From Candidatus Poseidoniales archaeon (GTDB lineage: Archaea > Thermoplasmatota > Poseidoniia > Poseidoniales > Poseidoniaceae), in assembly GCA_003602575.1 (NCBI GenBank), contig QQRY01000040.1:7753-71752 (forward strand): a stretch of DNA of 64,000 nt, written 5' to 3'. A program made the position numbers and the translations under genes. Each line of letters opens with the position of its first letter. Positions within the stretch are counted from its first letter, which is position 1. The notes under the pieces are model-generated. The model saw only the letters and a list, made by a program, of their open reading frames with translations. It had not been told where the DNA came from and did not search any database. Below are positions 46,299-57,500 of this stretch, in pieces.

Positions 46299-47249
46299 AT
46301 GTCAGAAATCTTCCGTAGCCTTCATGCACTCTCAGTCTTCCGGAGGTTCATGGTCGACCTCCAGACTGCCATGGCAGCAGCCGCAGCCGAGCGTAAACAA
46401 CGTTCAGGGGCTGCGAGCCAAGAAAGAAAGGTACGTCGAAGCGGTTCTAATCTTGGAATCGAAGCATTTGACCCTGTGAAACACGTCAAAAAAGAGAGAG
46501 CAGATACCGCATCAATGTGGTTAGTATTTGCTTTCACTGTGTCAGTTTCTTTAGCGATGAGATATGTCTTGATGCCAAACACTTCTCAAGAAAAATCAGA
46601 TATTCTTTATCTTATGCCGCTTAGTGCTATGATTTTGATTCCACAAGTTCATCGAATGGTAATGCCGAAATCTTTCCTAGAGTTTTACACCAAAGGTACT
46701 TGGTTCAAGGCTGGATTCCTTCATACATTTACATTTTTAGCACTAGCATTTTTACTTGTAAACCCACCATTTGGGGATATTGTAGCACCTAAATTAGCAA
46801 GTGAATGGGCGGTTGCCACGGATGACGGAGTGAATTTATTGTTTAACGAGGATTCAAGCGGTGATGGTGAAATAATATGGGTTGTAGACAATGACGGAAA
46901 TTTATCCGGTGAAGTCTGGTTGCTCTTTGGACTAGCGGATAATGTAAATTCGGATGGGGCCAAAGTGGTGGTTGAACTCACCCATCAAACAACCTCTGAG
47001 GTAATCGAAAGTAACGCTACGTTTTGGGAAGATAATAAGGAAAGAATTGAATCTGCCAATACTACTGACAATAGCTCAGCACCGGAATTGATTCCCCACG
47101 TGAAGGATCAATCCTTTGCAATTCTACTTGGTAGTGATTTAGAAAGGGGTACTCACGAAATCAGCGTAACAATTACTGAAGATGGAGACCCTTGGGTTAA
47201 TACTCGAAATTATGATTGGACTCTTGTGGTTGTTGAATCACTAGAATAA
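46299..47249 (+). CDS. Hypothetical membrane protein with basic N-terminus, about 3 TM helices and a C-terminal extracytoplasmic beta-rich domain
   Basis: 316 aa with hydrophobic helices (MWLVFAFTVSVSLAM, ILYLMPLSAMILIPQV, FLHTFTFLALAFLLV). I recognised no family. Confidence 0.45.
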   Translation: MSEIFRSLHALSVFRRFMVDLQTAMAAAAAERKQRSGAASQERKVRRSGSNLGIEAFDPVKHVKKERADTASMWLVFAFTVSVSLAMRYVLMPNTSQEKSDILYLMPLSAMILIPQVHRMVMPKSFLEFYTKGTWFKAGFLHTFTFLALAFLLVNPPFGDIVAPKLASEWAVATDDGVNLLFNEDSSGDGEIIWVVDNDGNLSGEVWLLFGLADNVNSDGAKVVVELTHQTTSEVIESNATFWEDNKERIESANTTDNSSAPELIPHVKDQSFAILLGSDLERGTHEISVTITEDGDPWVNTRNYDWTLVVVESLE

Positions 47250-47250
47250 T

Positions 47251-47424
47251 TCAAGAAAGCATATCTCCGTGTGCACTCATAATTTTATTCAACAACTCTC
47301 TGATTCTTCGGACATCATAGTCTTCAGATGTTCTTCTATTGATTATTCTTTTACGAGAGTATCGGATTATAGGTGCTAGAGGTGTCCAGCATAGGGCATC
47401 GGTCATTGCGTTTCTAATTGTCAT
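47251..47424 (-). CDS. Possible small basic protein (57 aa), unassigned
   Basis: My translation is MTIRNAMTDALCWTPLAPIIRYSRKRIINRRTSEDYDVRRIRELLNKIMSAHGDMLS. It is below the ORF-track length cutoff, lies downstream of rfcS on the same strand, and has only a weak ribosome-binding site. Confidence 0.25.
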   Translation of the reverse strand: MTIRNAMTDALCWTPLAPIIRYSRKRIINRRTSEDYDVRRIRELLNKIMSAHGDMLS

Positions 47425-47491
47425 CAAACCATCCGAAACAATCCCCTATGTAGTTGGTTTAGGAGGCACTACAAGTGAAAGTGAAAGTGAA

Positions 47492-48448
47492 TCACTTACT
47501 CAAGTGGTTGACTAATCTAGCGGTTAGGGCATCTAGTTGAATTTGCTCGCCACCGCCTTCAACAAGTCGATAATCAACTTCAGCCATCCATTCTGTCAAA
47601 TCTAATTTCGCATCTTCTGAAAGGAAGTCTGCAGTATATAGTTCACGATGAAGTTGATTGACAAAATCTGTTCCAGCAAGCCCATACTTGTCTAGTAATT
47701 CTCGCAGCCTTCTTCTTGCAGAATGAAATCCATCGTCTTTGCAAGACATTAGGTACTGATGCAAACTTTCAGGAGGCGCTGTTGCTGAAGTTTCATAGAT
47801 TAATTCCCTAGTCACATCCATACTGATTGCTGAAGCTACCTGTAAAGCAGTCAGTGCTTTTCTCAAATCGCCCTGTGAAATACGAGTCAATGCTTCTGCA
47901 GCATCATCACTTAGCGAAACTTTCTCTTCCTTGGCCACATGATGTACTTGAGAGGCAACATCTGAATCAGATAGAGGTCTAAATCTAAAAACTGCACATC
48001 TCGATTGAATCGGTTCAATAATTTTAGATGAATAATTGCATGAGAGGATGAATCTGCATGTTTCAGCATATTGCTCCATGATTCTTCTTAGTGCGCCTTG
48101 AGCATCATTTGTCAAAGCGTCTGCTTCATCGAGGAATATTATCTTGAATGAAGCACCACCATATGGGCTAGTTCGAGCAAATTGTTTGACCTTTGTTCTA
48201 ATGCTCTCGAGTTTTCTTTCATCAGATGCATTCATTTCAAGCAGGTTTTGTCTGTAATCTGGCCCAAAAACGTCCTTGGTTAATGCCATTGCAGCTGTGG
48301 TTTTTCCTGTACCTGGTGGTCCTGCAAACAATAGGTGTGGGAACTCTTTTTTCTCTGCATAGATTGTCAATCGTTGAACTACAGCGGGTTGACCTCTAAT
48401 TTCAGTGACCGACTGAGGCCGGTGTTTCTCAACCCAAAGTTCGCTCAT
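47492..48448 (-). CDS. rfcS: Replication factor C small subunit
   Basis: 318 aa. WVEKHRPQSVTEIRGQ, Walker A LLFAGPPGTGKTT, DEAD-type FLDEADALT and SRC-type PIQSRCAVFRF are all present. Confidence 0.9.
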   Translation of the reverse strand: MSELWVEKHRPQSVTEIRGQPAVVQRLTIYAEKKEFPHLLFAGPPGTGKTTAAMALTKDVFGPDYRQNLLEMNASDERKLESIRTKVKQFARTSPYGGASFKIIFLDEADALTNDAQGALRRIMEQYAETCRFILSCNYSSKIIEPIQSRCAVFRFRPLSDSDVASQVHHVAKEEKVSLSDDAAEALTRISQGDLRKALTALQVASAISMDVTRELIYETSATAPPESLHQYLMSCKDDGFHSARRRLRELLDKYGLAGTDFVNQLHRELYTADFLSEDAKLDLTEWMAEVDYRLVEGGGEQIQLDALTARLVNHLSK

Positions 48449-48550
48449 GCCACCCTCTCAACGTCGAGCGCCCTTCAACATTCGCCTTGTTTTTAGAAAT
48501 AATTCATAGCAGTTTTTTTGATTATTTTAGGTCATCGAAGCGAAAAGACA

Positions 48551-48558
48551 GTATAAAG
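48551..48558 (+). promoter_or_regulatory. Putative TATA box giving a near-leaderless transcript for the 3,089-aa gene
   Basis: GTATAAAG ends 26 nt before the ATG at 48585. Archaeal TATA boxes centre near -26/-27, so the TSS would fall within a few nt of that ATG. Confidence 0.4.
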
Positions 48559-48584
48559 GGGCTTTAGTGAGTGACTTGAGCCCC

Positions 48585-51500
48585 ATGATAAAAGAGTCAA
48601 ATTCCCGCCGAAGCGCGACAGCGATTTTGTTAGTAATTATGTTTCTTTCAGCGGATATACTTGTTACGCAAACGGCACTAGAAGAGCCTATTCTCGAAGA
48701 TAACGATAATGTTCAAACAAGTATTCGTAACGTCGTGGCAGCATCTATGGTTTACATTTCTTCAAATGAAGTCAACACCAATTATGCAGGTGAGATAAAC
48801 ACTCTTGTCGGAGTCAATGCTACCGATGAGGCTAGAGGCCTGGTAAACTTCAACAATACTGTGAATCCAAACGACACGGTTCAGTCAGCTATTCTTTCAA
48901 TGCACTGTAACGATGTTTATGCTCCAAACACAATTAATGGCATAAATATCTATGCCGCTTCAGTAGAAAAATCTTGGAGAGAAACAGAGTCAACATGGAT
49001 TAATTCCGACTCTACTACTTTCTGGCAAACTGCCGGTGCTGATGACGTTCTTTCAGATCGTTCCGAATGGGAAACCCCAGCAACAAAGACTCAAATATCA
49101 ACCTCCGGAGTTTACAATTACTCATTCAATGTAACTAAACTTGTTCAACAAGATTCAATTGATAATACACCTACTTTTGACTTCCTTCTTTCCGCGATTG
49201 GAGGGATGCTTCAATGTGTCCAAACTACCGCAATTTATCCTCCACACCTTGCAATAGAAACATCGTCAGTAACCCCTGGAGACGGTGGTAGCGTTACATC
49301 TGATTTTGTCACTGATGGAATGCCTTTGATGTCTAATGACTTCATACTGAAGGCAGAAACTAATCCAACACTTTCTTACAATAACCTAAATGGCTCACAT
49401 GTTGAATTTCAACTTTCATTAGGTGATGATTTTAGAAATGATTCTGACTTAGATTGGATTTATTCTACCTTGAATGACCCGTTTACAACAACCTCTAATT
49501 CAGGTAGTTTCACAATACCTCAAAGTGATTCTATTCAAAATGGTAGTATTATTTACTACAGGGCACGTTCGTTAGATTCATCTGGAATGATAAGTAATTG
49601 GTCTAGTGGCCATTTCCTACTTCCAAACTTAAATGTCATAGATAACAATGACGGAACTGCAACAATTAATGCTAAGGCAAACGACTTGAACTTGGGAACT
49701 CTAAAATTTATAGAAGATGTTGAGATTGACTCATCATCTCCTAATTCGAATCTAGGTTCAAGTGCTCAGATTTCAGTTCAATCTGACACTACCGCAGAAT
49801 CTATGATTTACACTAGGGTTAATACACAATATCTTGGTCTAAATTCAAGTCTAGCCATCATTGATGCAGATGTTTCGTTTACTCGTACTATCTTACCTGC
49901 TACACCCTCTATGTTGTCATTCCATCATAACGAAAATTTATTTTGGGAAGAAAATACTGCAACATGGAGATATTATGATGGTTCAAATGAGTGGGAAAAT
50001 GGTGGGATAAATGAGATTGGTATTGCTTCAAATACAATTCTAATGAGTGACCAAACCTCTCAAAGATTTACATTTTCAATCGAGGATGTAGTTCAAAGTA
50101 GCTTGGACGATGTTTCTCAAGATGGTTTAGAATTTACATTATTGAGTCGGCTTGAGGGAGAATCAATTTCCACCTCAAATAACGATGTTAGTTTTTACTC
50201 TACTGATGACTCAAATCTTGCACTACAGCCTACTATTGGCATTACTTACATGCTGAGTCAAAGTTCACCTGTACCCGCTCCTGAACTTATTACGCCTATT
50301 GACGGTAGCCCAGTTTGGAACCTTACAGGGCACAACTTGTCAGCAAATACGCTACCTTCATTGACTTGGAATAGTACACAATCAGCCCCTTATGGAATGC
50401 TATTTCAGTTATCTGAGGATAAGAGTTATAGAAATTTAATTTTCAATAATGATTCAAGGTACGGCAATCCAGTACAATCTACGGCAGGACAATTCACAAT
50501 GCCTTACAATATGCCTCTTGATACAGGCAAAATGTATTATTGGAGAATGGCAAATTTCGACACAGATAATCGTTTGAGTGAATGGCAATATTCGTCTTTC
50601 TTAGTCAGTTCTTTGAATTCAAATTGGCTAGGTGGTGACAGATATGAAATGACTCTAGAACTTGGTACTGAGACTCAAGAAGAAAGTATTCCATATTGTC
50701 ATGAATCCACAATTAGTAGTACTTTTACTGACTCGAATGATTATGGTTCTCCTCGTATGCGGGTCATAAATGATCAAGTTCAAGGAATAGGTACTGGATT
50801 GTTCCAATGTGATGTTTCAAATTATTTACTTCCTAATGGTTACGCGATTGAATCATCACAAATTGAATTGGAATTAGACAGTTACACCAACCCTGCCGAA
50901 ATTGGAGTCTGGGAAGGATTCCAACATAATTGGACTGAACAGGGAGTCACTTGGAATACATATGATGGAACAAATCCTTGGAATTCCCCCGGAGCCACAG
51001 GTTCTGAAAAAGGGCAACTTTTGGACTCTCAAATGATAACTAGTTCAGCATCTCAAGGAGACATTGTGGCTTGGAATATAACTTCAGCAACACAGAAATC
51101 AATGAGAGAAGGAACTCCACTAGACTTGATATTCAATACCATCTCCACTACTCAATCAACAACATTATTCTATTCTAGTTTTGAATTTGATCAAAGCAAG
51201 CACCCTTCCCTAAAATTTGTTTACATCCCAGGTTCCAATCAACTACCTGTAATTCCAACACTGGATTATCCAGTAAACGGTGATTGGCTCTACACACCTG
51301 ATTTTATTCTAGAGAGTGAAACTAAACCAACATTAAATTGGACAGATAATTCAGTATCTAATTCTATCATTGGATGGGCATTAGAAATAGATTCAGCCTC
51401 TAGTTTTTCATCTAATGAATTACAGACTTATACCTCATGGAATGATATTGGTTTTGATTTATCCAATACTAATTTTGAGATCCAGAACGACCTAGATGTT

Positions 51501-54500
51501 GGTGAGCAGTGGTTTTGGAGAGTTAGAGCGTTGTCTTCAACCTATCAATTAGGAGATTGGTCTCCAGCATCGCATTTCTATCTCGCTGATTTAGATACTA
51601 CTTCAATAGATGCTGACCATTTTACTATGAATTTAAGGCACGAAGAAGCGATGCCTCACATTTCTCTACCTCAGTTTGAAGACACCTACATTTCTGATGA
51701 TGGTAGTGTCTTATCATTCCCTCACGGCTCAGACTTAGACATAAAAGTAGGAACATCGAATATAGGAGATAATTTTTCTGGACTAATAAAAATAGACATA
51801 AATTCTCAACTACAACCGAGTAATGGGAGAATCATCTCTGCTGAATTAAAGATGTACAGCAGCCCAATTCTTTCAACACCTAATCTTCCAGTCGCTGTAA
51901 GACCGGTTCTAATGCCATGGACTGATGAAGCAACATCATTATCTCCAATCGGCAATAACTCATCTCTATGGTCAAGTCCTGGTGGTAGAGATATTGGCGT
52001 AGACATAGGTCAAATCGAAGATATACAGATGTCCACTACTGGTTGGATGGCATGGAATGTAACTCATTCAGTTCAACGCGCCATAGCATCAGGCAACAAT
52101 CTTCTATCATTGATGTTATACAATACTAATCCAGCACCAAATCAGGTGGTTTCATTTAGTTCTGTAGAATCATTTTCCAACCAACCATATTTAGAATTGG
52201 TATGGGCTAATGGTTCGGCGACATCGCCACTTGATTATCCGGAAAATGCTTATCCTGCTGATGGTGAAATCGTATGGGACTCATCTTCGCATAGCCTAGT
52301 TGCCGATAAGACTCCAACTTTCCAATGGAACTTATCTTCCACCAGTAACTTTTCTCCAGATGCTTGGAAACTATTCATAGACAATGATATCGATGATGAA
52401 ATGGAAGGACAGATAGTATTTGATTCTAGAGCGAACCCGTCATATTTTGACATTTCAAATATGGAATTCTATGCTCCATATGACTTGGATTTCTCAAATA
52501 ATATACAGTGGTCAGTTCAAGGAATTGAAAATGGCATGATTGGATTCACCAGTAATAAGACAAGTTATTGGCTTCCAAACTATATCAGCGATGAGATATC
52601 AACAACCGATGCATGGGTTGAATTCCAAGAAGGTGCAATGGTTGAAGAATTAAGTTTCCCACTAATTACCTCAGATACTTATTTGGATGAAAATGACCCG
52701 AGTAGTATAAAGAACGGGCAAGGTCTCTATGTTGGTGAAAGTCCTTCTGATCCAAATATGAGAAGTAGTTCATTGATTTCATTTGATTTCTCTACCCTTC
52801 CAATGCCAAGTACTTACGAGATATTACATGCAAGTTTACAATTGACAGAGTTGAGTAACTCGAGCGGATTGTCTACATTTTATTGTTCAGATATGTTCAC
52901 CACTTGGGATGAATCATCAACTTGGAATAGTCCTGGAGTAAACAATGCATGGGTTGCACCAGGGGCATTTCATAGTACTGATAGCGACTTGCCATCTCCA
53001 AAATCACACTTTGATGTTTTGTCCGAGGAAAAGAATTGTGATATTACTGCAATAATGCAAAAAGCAATTGTTAATGGTGATGAAAATATGTCAATTATTA
53101 TTCAACCAGAATATGATTCTAGCGGATCGATTCAAGGACAATATTTGTTTGCAGATAGCGAGAATCCAATACTTGAATCTAGACCTAAATTGGTTCTAGA
53201 GTATAGGACTACAAATCCATGGATACCACAACCACCTGTTCTAACGACACCAGCAATGAGTCAAACTTTATGGAATAATTCATCACCAATTCCTCAAAAT
53301 GTTGATTCAATTTTGTATAGCTTTATCCAAGGTAATACCAACGCAACCGACTGGGAATTCTGTACTAGTTATGACCAAAGAATTTACACTTGTATCGACA
53401 GTGTTGGTGATTTGTTAGAATATCCTGATTGGCAATGGGATTTGGCAACAAATACTCTATCTATGAATAATGCTACAATTGTAGACCAATCTGCTTCTGA
53501 TGAATGGGTGTATTGGAAGATGTTATCGATACAAGATCATAGAATCGGAGATTATTCATCGCCTAGTGAATATAGAATTCCTTCGGATTTGGGATTGGAT
53601 GATGGAACTGGAAATTATACGTATGAACTTTCTAGAGCATCTATTTTCGAATCGACTGGCGTTCTTCCTCAAGTATTAGATGCGAGTATTGACTCTAATA
53701 GCCTAGTCAACACAGGATCAAATAGTGCTTTGACACTGGGATATAATGCGAATACAGGAGGAAATAGCGACATTATTCTAGACTTTGATTTATCTCAAAT
53801 ACCATGGCCAAGCGCCATTACTCCAACATCTATGATTCTTGAAATGAATTTACAATCTACTAGTCAATCATCATCTCCTCTAACCGTGTCAGCATATGCA
53901 TGTTCTTCCTTTTCAGAGACGCTCGTAACATCTGCTAATGCCCCGATATGTTCAAACAACGAGATTACTAGAACCACTTTAACCTCTAGTAGTAGCGGTG
54001 CTGTTGAATGGGATTTAACCGCTTTAGGACAAGCAAACTTTGCTAGTAATAATTTATCATTTACGGTGATTCTTGACGCAGAGAATGTTTCATCAAGTTA
54101 TGATTTCATCACTTCTGAGGGTGCAGCCACTCTTCAACCAAAACTGGTTTTGGAATATGTAGATAATATCGGTGGGATTTTACCTCCTTCTCAACCTGTA
54201 TTGAGCACACCTGTTGACGGTAGCGTTCTTTATGATTCTTCAAATGATATAATCACAAGTCAAGACTCTGTGACTTTGTCTTGGTCTCCTTCATCGGGAG
54301 CCTCATCATACATTTTATTCTTGAGCGATTCTAATGGAATTACTACATTCGACTCCAGATTTGATTCCGAGATAAGTGGTAATTCATTCACTTCTTCCAC
54401 GTCTTTGAATGTAGGAGAAGTATACACTTGGTGGGTACAAGGAATTAATCAAACAATTCCTGGGCCTTCATCTTCTAGGTGGACTTTTGCAATTGGTGAT

Positions 54501-57500
54501 CCTGTTCACTACTTCAATAATGATGGAACTTATGTGTACGATTTCCAAGATGCTTCTGAAGTTGAAGAATTCGGACATGTTGAAATTAGAGACGCAGGAA
54601 TAAATGATGCCTTTGCAGATTCTAATTATGGTTCACTAGACACTATGGAACTTGGAACAGGTTGTGAGGATGTCGCTGGTTCACTATGCTATGGAGTATT
54701 CTCTCTAGATGCTAGTCAGGTTCCTCTAGATACATCTCAATCCGTACATTCAATCGATTTGACATTATTCGTTGAATCATGGGATTTGTCTGGAGGCGCG
54801 TATGAAATAGAATTTTCAGTACATGAATTTTTAGATTCGTCATGGAATGAGTATTCTCTAACATGGAATACTACAGGTGTTAACCCTGGATTGACTGCTG
54901 GTGTTGATTATAATGCAACCCCACTCGATATCCAAACATTTACTAGCACAGACTTTGAATTAACCTTTGAGATAGGTATTCCTGGAATGCTTGTCGATGA
55001 TGAAAGGCATTGGATAATAATCGCAAATCCAATAAGCACAGGTGCAGTTCTAGATGGTCTTGTTTCAGTTTATTCTAGCGATGCTTCTAACGAACAAGAT
55101 AAGAAACCTCTGCTAGAGTTCCATACTACGAATGTTTCTTCTCTAAACGTAACCGCTTCAACCTCAGCATTTGATGCAGATACTCCTATTCTGTTTGAAG
55201 TGGTATCCTTTGATCAATTTGGTATTACAAATATTCCCGGCATCCCAGTTGGAGGATTGATCGAATGGACTACTACATCTGGCTCTATTTCATCCATCAA
55301 TTCAACTTTAGCGACAATGACTCCTTCTATTAGCGGCCTGCAAACAGTTACTGCTTGTTATGGAGTTATTTGTTCTAGTTTTGACTTAATCATCAATCCA
55401 GGTATACCTGTACAATTGATGGCCTCATTGGACAATACTACATCTCAGTCCTCTCAAACCATCACTGCAGACCAAACTGCGGAAATATTCTCCTATGTTT
55501 TGGATCAATTTGGTAATGTAGTCACCAGTCAAACGATTAATTACTATTCGACAAATGGTAGTATGGTTGGAACAGTATTCTACCCTTACAGTGTAGGTAC
55601 TCATACTCTAACAGCAGAATGGAATGGTGTATCCAATAGCTTGACAGTAGATTTGACTGTAATAGTCACCCCTGGTGCGCCTTATGCTATTGAACTATCA
55701 GGTTGTGAAATGATTTTGGCTTCAGGAACTTCATGTTCGATTTACGCTACAACTTACGATCAATTTGGAAATTTGGTTTGGTTTGATGATGTTGGCAGTT
55801 ATTCCTTTTCCTTTACAAATGGAAATGTTGTAAAAATACAGACGCCGACTCCACACAGTCAGCCACCATCCGCTGATATTCTTGTAGGTGAATTTACAGG
55901 TATTCTTATTGGTACTTCTACAGTTTCGATATCAACGTCCACTGGACAAACTTACAGTATTGATGTTGAAGTTACTCACGGTGAGATGGCTTCTTTAGAA
56001 CTAATTAGTTCATCTGAAACCATCACTGCTGATGATTCTCTCGAGATAAATGCTACACGAATTGATCTTAATGGAAATCGCTTACCAGTCTCGATACCAA
56101 TTGGAAACTGGTCACAATTAGCTGATGGAACACTGACCGAGGGTATTCCACACATATGGGTTCCAACATTCCAAGGCACCAAGACTTTGACAGTAACATA
56201 TGAATCATTCACTGAAAATATTACTGTCTTTGTATCCAGAGGTTCCTTAGATACTCTAGAGTTGAGAGTGAATGACCAAGTATCGAATAACTTCCTGTTT
56301 AATATTACAGCGGATCAATCATTAGAAACAAATGTCAAGGCGTTTGATGCTAAAGGAAATATTTGGTATCCTCTAGTCGATTGGACTATCACCCATTCAA
56401 TTTGGGCAAACCAAACTGAGTTGTCTAAGACTTCTAACAGTACCGACACTATCTTTTCTCCAGTTCATGAATCTATGGAATCTTATGTAATAACAGCAAC
56501 TTATCTAGAGGAAGGCGTAACCTATGAATCGCAAATATTTGTCAAGGTCTCTAAAGGTGATTTAGATAATTTCATAATCACCGCTTTAGATGAAGATGGA
56601 GAGGCACCTTCACAGGAATCAGGGTTTAACATAACTGCTGATGAATCAATTTCTTTCTCGTCAGAATTGAGTGACTATGATGGAAATAGTTTCGACCAAA
56701 GTGTTCTTTCATGGGTATTAGTGAATAAATCAAATGGTTTAGAAGTCGATATTACTACGTTACTGGTAGAAAATGGAATGGTATGGGATGCAACTATTGC
56801 TGGAGATTGGCAAATTTATGCTTACTCAATAAATAACCGTGGGCAAAATCTAACCTCCAGTTTCGATATTTCAGTAAACCATGGAATCGCCCTTTACATC
56901 GAAGTTGTGGCTTCAGCAACAAGTCAAGATGCTGGCGGAGAAGTTGGTTTAACTGTCTATGGATATGATTCAGACGGAAATAAATTCCCACAAACTGTTT
57001 CATGGAAAGAGAATGATGGATTGCCACACAATATAAATTCTACAGAAAATGAGGCTGAATATTTATTCAATGGAAGAGTCAGTGGAAACTATTCATTATC
57101 CGCAACATATGCTGCTAGTACAGACACTGTAGATGTTACAGTCTATTCTCTGTCAATTCCTAAATATATTACAGTAAATGCATCTAAGACCACACTAGAG
57201 CAGTTGGATAGTCTTTCAATATCAGTAGTTGCATTTGATGAATTCTGGAATATTATTGACGTTCCTTCTAGTTCTTATGTTGAAGCAACTGGAAGAGCTG
57301 AAGTAATCAATAACGGCCAAGGTAACTGGAAGATTGAGACCTTGGACGAAGGAAAGCAAACTGCTACGATTAGCGTAGGAACAGTTTCTCAACAAGTAAA
57401 CTATACAGTTGAAGGAAATATTGCTGGCTTCTTTGCAGCTGGCGGTTCTCTATACTATGTAGCAGCAGGGCTAATCGTTCTAATCGCTTTAGCAGTAGTC

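Noticed and set aside
47474-47491. Tandem AGTGAA repeats considered as a CRISPR or other repeat array.
   Set aside because: There are only three 6-nt units and no spacers. I saw no CRISPR-like repeat-spacer periodicity anywhere in the window.
48567-48584. GTG start used by the ORF track for the 3,089-aa protein.
   Set aside because: The ATG at 48585 sits at the right distance from a GTATAAAG TATA box for a near-leaderless mRNA. It also begins a typical basic-then-hydrophobic signal sequence. The extra six codons add nothing recognisable. I cannot exclude the GTG start.
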